From the NCBI GenBank assembly GCA_019057815.1, contig JAHLWR010000021.1, positions 1 to 64,000 on the forward strand: DNA of 64,000 nt. The letters run 5' to 3'. Both the position numbers and the translations under genes were made by a program. This document shows, piece after piece, positions 31,091 to 40,930 of the stretch. Position 1 is the stretch's first letter. Each line of letters starts with the position of its first letter. This stretch comes from Candidatus Heimdallarchaeota archaeon (lineage in GTDB: Archaea > Asgardarchaeota > Heimdallarchaeia > Heimdallarchaeales > Heimdallarchaeaceae). The notes below the pieces were generated by a model. It worked only from the letters and a program-made list of their open reading frames with translations, was not told the origin of the DNA and made no database searches.

Positions 31091-31792
31091 ATGGCATTCT
31101 CATCAAAAGATCCCTTCAAACCCTTTCAAAGCAGCGGAATAACTCTCCTATCCGGTAGATTATTCCTAATTCTTTACTTGGGTATTGTAATGTTAATTTG
31201 GCAACTAAAGGGTATGAATATTGATACTTATCTCATTTTGAGTATGTGTCTTAATCAAATCTTTTTACTAATAATACTAGTAATAACGATAATATTCATC
31301 ACTATTGGATTATCAAGATTATTAAACTCTTCAAATCAAGGAAGTACAATATCAAACCTTAAACTAGGAATTGGTTTGTGTTACGCTATTTCTATTCTTG
31401 CTTTACTACAAATAGTAGGTAATATAATTATACTAAATGCAGAAAAAGAAAATGTTCTGAAAATAACCGCAATAGTTACCGGTGTAATTGCTTTGTTAGT
31501 TATTTTATTCATCTTACTAATAATTATATTGGTTTACATTTTGTTTAAAAACTATACAGAACTTGGGAAATCAAGATTTTTAAAATCTTTTATTCTAGCC
31601 TTTGGAATATTGGAATTCATATCGCTGACTCTAATAACTATACCACAATACTTCCCAGTTACTTTTACAGCTGAGGGTTATTCAATTTTTTACTTCATTT
31701 TTACTTCATTTAGTAGTTGTGCTGGAGTATTAGAAGTCATAACAGCAGTTGCTTTGATTATCTATGCTAGGAAATTAGGTTCTAAAACCTAA
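31091..31792 (+). CDS. Hypothetical multi-pass membrane protein
   Basis: About six hydrophobic segments. Confidence 0.65.
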   Translation: MAFSSKDPFKPFQSSGITLLSGRLFLILYLGIVMLIWQLKGMNIDTYLILSMCLNQIFLLIILVITIIFITIGLSRLLNSSNQGSTISNLKLGIGLCYAISILALLQIVGNIIILNAEKENVLKITAIVTGVIALLVILFILLIIILVYILFKNYTELGKSRFLKSFILAFGILEFISLTLITIPQYFPVTFTAEGYSIFYFIFTSFSSCAGVLEVITAVALIIYARKLGSKT

Positions 31793-32139
31793 TTTTTCTC
31801 TGATAATCATCTGATGTAAGATAGATAATTGATGTTCTAAGGACTTGGAAATGAAGAATATTCTATCATTCTACTCATACAAGGTTGTTAGTTCTTCAAC
31901 ACTCTTTTTTGGTTGAGGGTATGTAGTGTCCCCATGAAGTCAATTAAGCACTTCCACAGGATTTGTACAAAATTCATGTAATAGCTTCATTGAATTACAC
32001 AAATTTTTTTTTGAATAGAACTTTAATGGTTTATCTCAAAACTGTGTAAAATTAACAAATTGCCTCTTAAAGAGTTAAGAACTAGATAATGTTTTTGCGG
32101 TGTTTATATATAATTACATAGAGAAAAAGAGTGAGGGTT

Positions 32140-32310
32140 ATGAAAATTCTTAATCTTGTAAGATATCTAAAACATAGAAAAAAAGGTTCTCCTATTCTAG
32201 AGGAGATTCTACTCATTGGTATTGCTGTCTTTATTTTCGTAATTATCTTTGGAATAATAGCCAACTTGCTTAATTGGACAGAATCGGGTATAACTGATTT
32301 CTTCTCCTAA
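32140..32310 (+). CDS. 56-aa type IV pilin-like protein with a class III signal peptide
   Basis: MKILNLVRYLKHRKKG|SPILEEILLIGIAVFIFVIIFGIIANLLNWTESGITDFFS*; GTGAGG upstream; below the ORF-track cutoff. Confidence 0.75.
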   Translation: MKILNLVRYLKHRKKGSPILEEILLIGIAVFIFVIIFGIIANLLNWTESGITDFFS

Positions 32311-32332
32311 AACGTTTAAACGTGTTGATTAA

Positions 32333-32364
32333 TGAACTACCCCTACCTTAAGGAAGGTGAATTC
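32333..32364. mobile_element. Degenerate IS200/IS605-type end hairpin
   Basis: TGAACTACCCCTACCTTAAGGAAGGTGAATTC resembles the GAACTACCCC-hairpin-GGGGCTTC ends of IS605/IS1341 elements. Confidence 0.5.
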
Positions 32365-32437
32365 TGCTATCAACAGTAGAGAACTAACGTAAAACTATCA
32401 GAAGAGGCTTGTAAGCTTGTAGGAAACCTGATTTTTT

Positions 32438-32959
32438 CTAATAATCGTCAGATGCTACTGCTTTGATTCTTTCTATCCCCTTGCATTTTTTCATTAATTC
32501 AACTACATTCTTTGGAACGCTTGATTCCCATTCTTCTCCACTTTTCATTCTTTCTCTAATTTTCTTACCGCTGTAGTGTTCACGATTTATTAATGGTATC
32601 TGCCTGACTTCCTTATTTGATAAATTCTTGAATAATTGTTGTACAAGTGGATTGTTTGTAAAAATAACTTCAAATAACGGGACTAAGTCGATTACGTTCG
32701 CTGGCCAGATTGTATTTCTGTTTATGTCTGGTATTGCCATGATGTAGAATTTGCTAATATCGAAGTTATCACTAACAAGCGTTTTTACCATTTCAACTCT
32801 CTCTCCTCCAGTGAATGGGTTTAATAAAGAGTAAGCTTTTTCTCCACTTCCAATTAAGATAATAATTTCATCGATATCTGGCAAATTTAGTATATATTCA
32901 ATCGCTTTAACATGTCCTTTATGAGGTGGATTGAAGCGACCCAAATACAAAGCTCTCAT
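32438..32959 (-). CDS. nadM: Nicotinamide-nucleotide adenylyltransferase (archaeal NMNAT)
   Basis: GRFNPPHKGH, NPFTGGER, SGKKIR. Confidence 0.92.
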   Translation of the reverse strand: MRALYLGRFNPPHKGHVKAIEYILNLPDIDEIIILIGSGEKAYSLLNPFTGGERVEMVKTLVSDNFDISKFYIMAIPDINRNTIWPANVIDLVPLFEVIFTNNPLVQQLFKNLSNKEVRQIPLINREHYSGKKIRERMKSGEEWESSVPKNVVELMKKCKGIERIKAVASDDY

Positions 32960-33204
32960 TCTAAGAAGAGTTAGGATTTACAGATAATAATAGTTTTTGC
33001 TAAATAGATGAAAAATTCAAGATTTTGAATACAATATTGTAAAAAAAGTATCCAGAAGGTGTTTTAGACTGCTCCATTCATATCATCCTTTGAAGCGTTT
33101 CAATTGTTTTTTCTACTGATTAAGAATCTGATAGATTTTGTAAAAAAAATAAATATTAATACTAAACATTCCTTTTCCAATATAATAACAAGTATAGTGA
33201 TTAT

Positions 33205-34020
33205 ATGGATTACTCCAAAGATATTTCCGTTAATAATAATTCAAAAGACTGCTTGCTTATTCTGCATGGTATCGCGGGTACTCCTTATGACAAGAAAGAG
33301 ATGGTTGAAGCATTAAGTGATCTTCCTTTTGATATTTATGTACCATTACTTCCTTATCATGGGGTTAATTACAAGGAACTAACTAAACCTGATAATGCAC
33401 AAGAATTTTATGACTGGGGAAGGGAATTAATAGCTAACAAGCAAAAAGAATACAACCGCGTATTTGTAATAGGTTTTTCCTTTGGAGCAGGTATAATCTT
33501 TCATTACATAACGCATCATTCCCCTTTAGATGCCATGATTCTTTTAGGAACAGGTGGTATCTTTTCCAAAGCTCTTACATTTATTGCATGGCTATCCAAA
33601 TTTATCGGAATTAGATATCTTCGAGTGCCCTATAAAAAAATAAGAGAAAATTCGTTTCTTCCTGAAGAATATTTAGAGTGGAAAGCAGAAAACTTTCCTA
33701 AAATACCCCTAAAGATGCTTTTTAAAGAAATAAGGAAATCAAAAAAAGAAAATTATTTAATAAGGAAGATTTCTTCTCCCTTTTTAATAATAAATGGTTT
33801 AAAAGATCCTATGACAAGTAAACAAGCGATTCCTATTATTCTTGATCAAGCAGTTTCTTTGAAAAAAAGGGGCATATTGGTTCATGGTGTTGGTCACTTT
33901 GTTTTAGAGTCACATCGGAGAAATGAGATTATTTCACTTGTTAAAAAATTCATCAAAGAAATCTATGAAGAGTATGAAAATGGAGAAATAACAAGCGAAA
34001 GATCATTAATAACTATATAG
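33205..34020 (+). CDS. Alpha/beta hydrolase (carboxylesterase/lysophospholipase-like), paralog 1
   Basis: LHG, LPYHG, GFSFG, GLKDP, GH. Confidence 0.88.
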   Translation: MDYSKDISVNNNSKDCLLILHGIAGTPYDKKEMVEALSDLPFDIYVPLLPYHGVNYKELTKPDNAQEFYDWGRELIANKQKEYNRVFVIGFSFGAGIIFHYITHHSPLDAMILLGTGGIFSKALTFIAWLSKFIGIRYLRVPYKKIRENSFLPEEYLEWKAENFPKIPLKMLFKEIRKSKKENYLIRKISSPFLIINGLKDPMTSKQAIPIILDQAVSLKKRGILVHGVGHFVLESHRRNEIISLVKKFIKEIYEEYENGEITSERSLITI

Positions 34021-34104
34021 TTCCTTTTTTCGGAATAATGATACCTTTATTAAAGTAGATTCTTACAGATTTCAACAATAATTTTTCTGTAGGAATTCAA
34101 AATA

Positions 34105-36021
34105 ATGACACTTAAGACCTCTACCTCTACTTCTACTTTAGAAACTCCAGAAAAATCAAAACGTTTTTATTTTCTAAACAAAAGATGGTACTCTAAAAAG
34201 CACAAATATTGGCTTTTAGGTCATATTTTTGTTCACAAAGGTAAAATTGTTATTATCACAGCTTGTTCTCTTGGAGGTATAGTTCTACAGATTTTTATTC
34301 CATTTATATTAGGTGATGTTTTTGAACTATATATCCCATCAAAAGATTTAGAATTAATTATAAGGATGGCTCTATTTATTTTAGGCTTAGGTTTGACAAG
34401 GTTAGTTATTAATTTCATCGCTTCTGCGTTAAACGAAATAATGGCTCAACATGTAGAGATGAAAATCCGGTTAGAATTATATGAGAATTTACAAACAAAA
34501 AGCATGGATTTTCACGATAGTGCAAAGATTGGCGATTTAATGAGCATGGCAACAGCTGATACTCGCATGATTAATGCATCTGTTTCTCCTGGAGTTAGAA
34601 TGATGAGTACAACGTTATTCACTTTAGTAGCCACTTTCATTGCTATGTGGGTATCTTCACCAACGTTATCGCTAGTGTTTCTACTCGCTATGCCCTTTTA
34701 CTTCTACTTCCTTTATAAGTTTGGTAAAAAACTGCTTCCTCTCAGTATTAAACGTCAATCTAGTGTTGCTAAAATGAACGCGGAACTCCAAGAAAATCTT
34801 ACTGGTGTCAGAGTTGTTAGAACTTTCAGTGGTCAAGAAAGGGAGAAAAAGAAATTTAATAAAACCATCAAAGAATTAGAAGAAATTCTTGTAACAAGAG
34901 GTATAGCCTCAGCTTATTATATTCCAAGTTTAATAATAAGCGTAGTAACCGCTTCTATCTTTTTGGGTGCTGCATATCTTATCGAAGCATCAGTTATTGG
35001 ACCAATTTTGTTTAACCTCTTTGGTTGGCAGTTAACAATTCAACCAATTCAGATAGGAGAATTAATTACCTTCTTGACTTTAGCTGGGTTTCTTGGAATG
35101 CCGACGATGTTTTTGAGATGGGTATTAGATATGACTTTATTGGGGTTAGCGGGAGCAGAAAGAATATTTAGAGTGCTTTCAGTGGAGTCTGAGGAAGAGG
35201 GAGGAGAAACTATTTTAGATGATCTTGAAGGCTCAATCGAATTTACCAACGTTTCTTTTTCTTATAAAGAAGATAGTCTTTTTGTTGTTAATGATGTATC
35301 TTTAAAAATAGAGCCTGGAGAAACTATTGCAATTTTAGGACCAACAGGTTGCGGAAAAACCACTTTAAGTAAACTTCTTTTAAGATTATATAATCCTACT
35401 AAAGGTTCAATTTTAGTCGATGGTGTTAATATTCAAGAATGGGACATTACCGCTCTTCGAAGTATAATAGGGGTTATAGAACAAGATACTTTCCTTTTTT
35501 CCACAACAATTGGCTCTAACATTTCTTATGGAAAAGGCGATGCAACAAAAGAAGAGATTATTGAAGCAGCTAAAGCTGCTCAAGCTCATGATTTTATAAT
35601 GAGTTTTGCTGATGGTTACGAAACGATGGTAGGAGAAAGGGGTGTTACTTTATCTGGAGGACAAAAGCAAAGAATTGCTATGGCTAGAGGTTTTATTTTA
35701 AACCCTAAGATATTGATAATGGATGCATCTGCTAGTGCTATAGATGCTCAAACAGAAGCCAAAATACAGAAAGCTATCGAGAAACTCTTGATTGGGAGAA
35801 CAACAATAATCATAACGCATAGGCTTTCTTCACTTAAAACTGCCACAAAAATCGTTTTTATGGATAAAGGGCGTATTTTAAAAGTAGGACATCATGATGA
35901 TCTAATCAGAACCTTCCAACCATATCGAGATATTTTCAAGAGATACACAGAGTTACCACCTTTAGAAGCAGACAATATAACGAGTGAATCTGTTGCAGAG
36001 AATGAAGGAGGTTCTAAATAA
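34105..36021 (+). CDS. Heterodimeric ABC exporter, subunit 1
   Basis: 6-TM domain; GPTGCGKT, LSGGQ, degenerate Walker B MDAS. Confidence 0.93.
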   Translation: MTLKTSTSTSTLETPEKSKRFYFLNKRWYSKKHKYWLLGHIFVHKGKIVIITACSLGGIVLQIFIPFILGDVFELYIPSKDLELIIRMALFILGLGLTRLVINFIASALNEIMAQHVEMKIRLELYENLQTKSMDFHDSAKIGDLMSMATADTRMINASVSPGVRMMSTTLFTLVATFIAMWVSSPTLSLVFLLAMPFYFYFLYKFGKKLLPLSIKRQSSVAKMNAELQENLTGVRVVRTFSGQEREKKKFNKTIKELEEILVTRGIASAYYIPSLIISVVTASIFLGAAYLIEASVIGPILFNLFGWQLTIQPIQIGELITFLTLAGFLGMPTMFLRWVLDMTLLGLAGAERIFRVLSVESEEEGGETILDDLEGSIEFTNVSFSYKEDSLFVVNDVSLKIEPGETIAILGPTGCGKTTLSKLLLRLYNPTKGSILVDGVNIQEWDITALRSIIGVIEQDTFLFSTTIGSNISYGKGDATKEEIIEAAKAAQAHDFIMSFADGYETMVGERGVTLSGGQKQRIAMARGFILNPKILIMDASASAIDAQTEAKIQKAIEKLLIGRTTIIITHRLSSLKTATKIVFMDKGRILKVGHHDDLIRTFQPYRDIFKRYTELPPLEADNITSESVAENEGGSK

Positions 36022-37808
36022 TGTCACATACTTTTGGGCGTGCAGAAAAAGCTTATTATGATAGAGATTATAGCTTTGGGGAAGTAATCAAACGATTATG
36101 GCTTTTTTCTCGATCAGAGAAAAAAATGTTGTTTATACTCCTTCTAGCCTTTGCTTTTAACACTGGTATTAGTATTGGTGTTCCCTTGTTTCTTAGAGTA
36201 GCTATAGATGAAATAGCAAAAACAGTTGGTGTCAATTTTGTAAATGTAAAGCTTTACGGTTGGTTTTATTTTGCCGGTACAATCATTACTTGGATTACAA
36301 TGTATTTAATAATTAGAATAGAATGGACTATCATTTCAAGAACTGTAACAAAACTTCGTAATGATATGTTCATCCAATTGCAAGAACATGATCTTTCATT
36401 CTTCGATAGGAATAAAACAGGAAGAATTATGTCCCGTGTTGTAAACGACACTTGGGAATTGGGCAATTTTATGCTTATTTTTGTAGAGATTACAGTCAAT
36501 TTTCTAAATCTAGTTGTCATGCTAGTTATTATGTTTGCTATTGAGTGGAGATTAACTCTTGGAATTTTAATTATAGCTCCTTTCATTTTCATTGTGATGG
36601 GCGTTATGGGTTATTTCTTGATGAAATTTAGTCGAGAATCACGTTTGACTGTAGCTGCTGTTAATGGAGCGATGCAAGAAAGCATTGCAGGTATAGCTAT
36701 AGCTAAAAACTTTGCTCGAGAAGCAAAAAACAAACAAGAATTTTATGATTTAAATAAAACAAACTTAAGGGCTAATATTAAAAGAAGTCTAACCTTTTCA
36801 ATATTATTTCCGATATTTGATTTTATCGCATCTGCAATTATTTTTATTATTATTTTTCAAGGTGCTAGATATGTTGTGAGTGCTGTAATATCAGTCGGTG
36901 ATCTCTATCTCTTCTACATGTATTCTTTGAATCTCATGGGTCCATTGATAGGTGTTTCACAACAGGTTGCACAGTTTCAGGCTGGTAGAGCATCTGCTGA
37001 AAGGATTTTTTCTATACTAGAAGTCCCGAGTTTAATGATTAGTGGAACAAAAGATCTTGGTGAAATTAAAGGTCAAATAGAATTTAAAGATGTTTTATTT
37101 GGTTATTCAGATGAAAAAACTCTATTTGATGGGATTAACTTGTTCATACCTGCAGGGCAGAATGTAGCAATCGTTGGTCATACTGGATCGGGTAAAACTT
37201 CTCTAATCTCTATTCTTGCTCATTTTTATGAAATTATCAGTGGAGAAATTCTTATCGATGGAAACAATATTCGCGATTTAGACATTGACAAATATAGAAA
37301 GCATTTAGGTATAGTTCTTCAAGATCCCTATCTTTTCTCGGGTAACATTAAAGATAACATTCTCTATGGAAACCCAGAAGCAACAGAAAAGGAATTAGAA
37401 CAAGCTGTAAGCGCTAGTCATGTAACAGATTTTGTAGAATTCTTACCAGAAGGTTTGGAAACCGATGTAGGTGAAAGAGGTTCTAAACTATCCATGGGTC
37501 AAAGACAACTAATTTCTATGTCAAGAGCATTAATAGCTAACCCCCGAATTCTTATCTTGGATGAAGCCACTGCATCCGTAGATGCCTATACTGAAAGTTT
37601 AATTCAAGATGGTTTGGAAGAGTTATTCAAAAATAGAACAAGTATTGTGATAGCACATAGATTGTCTACTGTAATTGGGGCTGATAGAATATTAGTTTTT
37701 GAAGAAGGAAAGATAGTTGGTGATGGAACTCACACTGAATTGATGAAACACAATAAAGCATATCAGGAACTATATAAGACCTACTACGAGTTCCAAGGAG
37801 TGTTTTAA
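36021..37808 (+). CDS. Heterodimeric ABC exporter, subunit 2
   Basis: GHTGSGKT, LSMGQ, LDEAT, AHRL; start overlaps the stop of subunit 1. Confidence 0.93.
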   Translation: MSHTFGRAEKAYYDRDYSFGEVIKRLWLFSRSEKKMLFILLLAFAFNTGISIGVPLFLRVAIDEIAKTVGVNFVNVKLYGWFYFAGTIITWITMYLIIRIEWTIISRTVTKLRNDMFIQLQEHDLSFFDRNKTGRIMSRVVNDTWELGNFMLIFVEITVNFLNLVVMLVIMFAIEWRLTLGILIIAPFIFIVMGVMGYFLMKFSRESRLTVAAVNGAMQESIAGIAIAKNFAREAKNKQEFYDLNKTNLRANIKRSLTFSILFPIFDFIASAIIFIIIFQGARYVVSAVISVGDLYLFYMYSLNLMGPLIGVSQQVAQFQAGRASAERIFSILEVPSLMISGTKDLGEIKGQIEFKDVLFGYSDEKTLFDGINLFIPAGQNVAIVGHTGSGKTSLISILAHFYEIISGEILIDGNNIRDLDIDKYRKHLGIVLQDPYLFSGNIKDNILYGNPEATEKELEQAVSASHVTDFVEFLPEGLETDVGERGSKLSMGQRQLISMSRALIANPRILILDEATASVDAYTESLIQDGLEELFKNRTSIVIAHRLSTVIGADRILVFEEGKIVGDGTHTELMKHNKAYQELYKTYYEFQGVF

Positions 37809-37878
37809 TCAAATTTAGATTTCTTCAAGTTCTTCCAATATCCTTAAAGTAGAGAAAATATTGCTTGGGTTTGGTTAT

Positions 37879-38724
37879 ATGGGTAATATTAAGAAAGATC
37901 AAAATAATGTTTTTAGCCGAAATATAGAATATAAAAGTGATTCTTCAACCTGTGTTTTGATTTTTCATGGTTTATCCTCTACGCCTTATGATATGCGAGA
38001 AATGGCTGAAGAAATACATCAATTGGGAGTAAATGTTTTCGTCCCACTTCTACCATACCACGGTATCAATTATCAAGAAATAAATAGAATAGAAGATAGT
38101 GAAGCTGTGTATAGATGGGGATTTGATTTAATTGAATCTATGAAACAAGAATTTGAGAAATTGATAATAATTGGTTTCTCATATGGATCTGGTATCACTC
38201 TTTATTCACAAGGAAAAAAAATGGAAACTGATGGTATTATTTTATTTTCTGTTGGAAGTAAGTTTTCAATTAAAGTGCGCTTTCTTGCTATTTTGGCCAA
38301 ATTATTTGGTTTAAAAAGCATCACTAGAGAACAAAGCGAATATTACACACATGGTGTGTTTTCAGATGAATATATTAATTGGAGAAGAACACATTTTTCC
38401 AAATTTCCCATTTCGCAGCTTGTATTTGCTGTTAAATATGTTCGGAAGCATAATCGTAAGTTAGAAAATATAACAGCACCAATTATGATAATCCATGGCA
38501 CCAAAGATGCAATTACAAGCCTAAAAGCTCCTAAATTTATCATGAAAAGAGTAAAATCAAGAACAAAACTAACTATTTACATACAAGAAGGAAAACACTC
38601 TATCCATCTTTCGAATTACAGATTTAAAATATATGAACATATGAGACAATTCATCACTGAAATTCTAGATGAATCACAATCCTTGGAAACTGAAAGAATT
38701 ATTACAATAAGCTCAATGTTTTAG
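37879..38724 (+). CDS. Alpha/beta hydrolase, paralog 2
   Basis: FHG, LPYHG, GFSYG, HGTKD, GKH. Confidence 0.88.
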   Translation: MGNIKKDQNNVFSRNIEYKSDSSTCVLIFHGLSSTPYDMREMAEEIHQLGVNVFVPLLPYHGINYQEINRIEDSEAVYRWGFDLIESMKQEFEKLIIIGFSYGSGITLYSQGKKMETDGIILFSVGSKFSIKVRFLAILAKLFGLKSITREQSEYYTHGVFSDEYINWRRTHFSKFPISQLVFAVKYVRKHNRKLENITAPIMIIHGTKDAITSLKAPKFIMKRVKSRTKLTIYIQEGKHSIHLSNYRFKIYEHMRQFITEILDESQSLETERIITISSMF

Positions 38725-38836
38725 GAAAGATTACACAGTAAAAGAAGGAAAAAGATATTATTAGAATTTCATCAGATTATCCTAATAGAACAAATTTTGT
38801 ATGAAAATAAAAGAAGATTAGAGAGAGCGAAGTATG

Positions 38837-39676
38837 TTATTTAGCTACAAGCGTAGATGAGATTTTCATTTGTTCAACATATTTTTTGAGTATCTCATAA
38901 TCTTCCGGAAGATCCATGTCCATAGCAAAACCCGGGTCTTCAACTAATATTATATCCACTTTACATTTGAATGCTATTTCAACGGCAATTATAGCATCTC
39001 TTACCTTTGCTACTTTGAGCAAGACTTTCAGAATCCTGTACCATGATCTAGGAGCTCGAGCAACGAATCTTAGCATTACAGTAAACGGTCTTTGTTTTCT
39101 TCTATTTGACAAATCTTCGACCATGTCTCCTTGTTCTTCTATAATTCTAGGTCTAATTGCTTGCATCTCTCCTTGAACCAAATTATAATCTCTAAATTTA
39201 GCCGCTTTTTTTGCGTCTGGAAAAGCTAGCTCAACTATTTCTTGTTCAACAGCACCTAGAAGAACATCATGTTTTTCGTATTTTTGTAACTGTGAGTAGA
39301 ATGAGTTAATACCTTGGACATCGATTCCTGGGACATCAGCAGTCACAAAAACTATTTTTTCAGGATATTCACCTTTATTCTTCAAATATTCTAATCCTTC
39401 TTTAGCTTTAACAACAAAATTAGATGCAGTTTCGACAGGAATGAACTCTACATCTCCTTTCAATTCAACGTCCTCTTCTTTTAAACCCACTACATATATT
39501 TTCTCTACAAATTGTGATTTTAATAATTCGTCTAGAACCCATTGAATTATAGGTTTTCCTAACATTGGTAGTAAAATTTTAGATTTGTATTTCTCTTCGG
39601 GATCTAGAACTTCCATAATCTTTCTTCTCTTTACATCACTCCCAGCCATTAAAAAAACAGGATATTTGACTACCAT
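38837..39676 (-). CDS. MobA-like NTP transferase domain protein
   Basis: LMAG, K...GKPIIQWV, TADVP, MDMDLPED. Confidence 0.8.
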   Translation of the reverse strand: MVVKYPVFLMAGSDVKRRKIMEVLDPEEKYKSKILLPMLGKPIIQWVLDELLKSQFVEKIYVVGLKEEDVELKGDVEFIPVETASNFVVKAKEGLEYLKNKGEYPEKIVFVTADVPGIDVQGINSFYSQLQKYEKHDVLLGAVEQEIVELAFPDAKKAAKFRDYNLVQGEMQAIRPRIIEEQGDMVEDLSNRRKQRPFTVMLRFVARAPRSWYRILKVLLKVAKVRDAIIAVEIAFKCKVDIILVEDPGFAMDMDLPEDYEILKKYVEQMKISSTLVAK

Positions 39677-39751
39677 ATTAAACCACAATTTCCTTTTTTA
39701 TAGATAAAACTATCTGTTGACTTTCAGATTTAAAAAATACAAATAAATTAA

Positions 39752-39817
39752 ACAATTTATCACTGAAATTCTAGATGAATCACAATCCTTGGAAACTGAA
39801 AGCATTATTACAATAAG
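39752..39817 (+). repeat. 66-bp copy of the 3' end of hydrolase paralog 2 (38646-38711)
   Basis: 64 of 66 positions identical; weaker similarity extends about 27 bp upstream. Confidence 0.9.
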
Positions 39818-39850
39818 ATGAATGAAGCTCACTTTTACAAATAAGTACTA

Positions 39851-39875
39851 AAGCCATGTCCTTTTTAGGGCATGT
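39851..39875 (+). mobile_element. Degenerate IS200/IS605-type end hairpin
   Basis: AAGCCATGTCCTTTTTAGGGCATG resembles the AAGCC-stem-CTTTAG-stem ends of this family. Confidence 0.45.
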
Positions 39876-40093
39876 ACTAGTGTGGACAAATCACAACGGA
39901 AAAGGAAAGAAACAAGAGATATAAAACTTTAAGAAGCGGTTTAATACTTAAATTTCTTCTAAGTTTTTTTAATTAAGGATTCAGTCAGTCAAATGTTTTT
40001 TTTAAATTAAAGGGTAAGGATTAAAGAGATTAAGCTAATACTTAGAAAACTTCAAAAGGTTAGATTAGTTATATAATAACTTGATACATACAC

Positions 40094-40903
40094 ATGTCAA
40101 TCTCTACTTACGCTCAAGAAATAAAATTTGAAAAGGGTTCAAAAACATGCATATTAATTTTCCATGGTTTAGCTGATACCCCATTTGAAATGAGAGAATT
40201 AGGTGAAAGTTTGTTTTCTTTAGCTGATGTCTATATTCCTTTGCTTCCTCGACATGGAATAGATGCGGAGTATCTTGCACTTATTACAAGAGAGGAAATA
40301 GATAACTGGGCCCTAGATTTGGTTTCTGAAATAAAAGATAAATATAAGCGAGTAATCATTGTGGGTCACTCTTGTGGAGCTGGATTAACCCTTCTTTCAA
40401 CTATTAAGACAGCTATACCAGCTGCAATCGTGCTGTCTAGTGTAGGGGGAATTGTTACAAGAAAATTAAAATTCTTTGTTTGGGTGGTTAAGAAGTTCAA
40501 ACTTAAATTTCTGCGATATTCTTACAAGAAAGAAAGAAAGATAAAAGCATGGCCAGAAGAGTACATCCAATGGAGAGAAAAGAATTTTCGTAAAGCTCCT
40601 GTAAATTTATTCATATCAGCAATCAGTATTTGGCCCAAAATAGCAAAAGATATAGGAAAAATATCTGTTCCAATAATGGTTGTAAATGGAACAAAAGATA
40701 TCATCAGCCCTGTAGAAGTGGTAGATATCTTAATGCAAAAAGTTTCTTCTAGAAAAAAGAAAGGAATAATAGTAAAGGGAGTAGGACATGCAGTGTTTGC
40801 TTCAGAGTACCGTTATGAGATTATTGAACATATTAAATTATTTATTTCCGAAGTTTTAGATGAAAAAACAAAGGAAGGAAAGGAGGTTTTTGTAATTGGA
40901 TAA
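40094..40903 (+). CDS. Alpha/beta hydrolase, paralog 3
   Basis: FHG, LPRHG, GHSCG, NGTKD, GH. Confidence 0.88.
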   Translation: MSISTYAQEIKFEKGSKTCILIFHGLADTPFEMRELGESLFSLADVYIPLLPRHGIDAEYLALITREEIDNWALDLVSEIKDKYKRVIIVGHSCGAGLTLLSTIKTAIPAAIVLSSVGGIVTRKLKFFVWVVKKFKLKFLRYSYKKERKIKAWPEEYIQWREKNFRKAPVNLFISAISIWPKIAKDIGKISVPIMVVNGTKDIISPVEVVDILMQKVSSRKKKGIIVKGVGHAVFASEYRYEIIEHIKLFISEVLDEKTKEGKEVFVIG

Positions 40904-40930
40904 TCAGAAACTGTGTGTAGTAAATATCTC

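Noticed and set aside
31790-31990. Possible decayed minus-strand ORF (MKLLHEFCTNPVEVLN*LHGD...)
   Set aside because: It has two in-frame stops and no recognisable family.
32082-32264. 60-aa minus-strand ORF
   Set aside because: Antisense shadow of the pilin-like gene.
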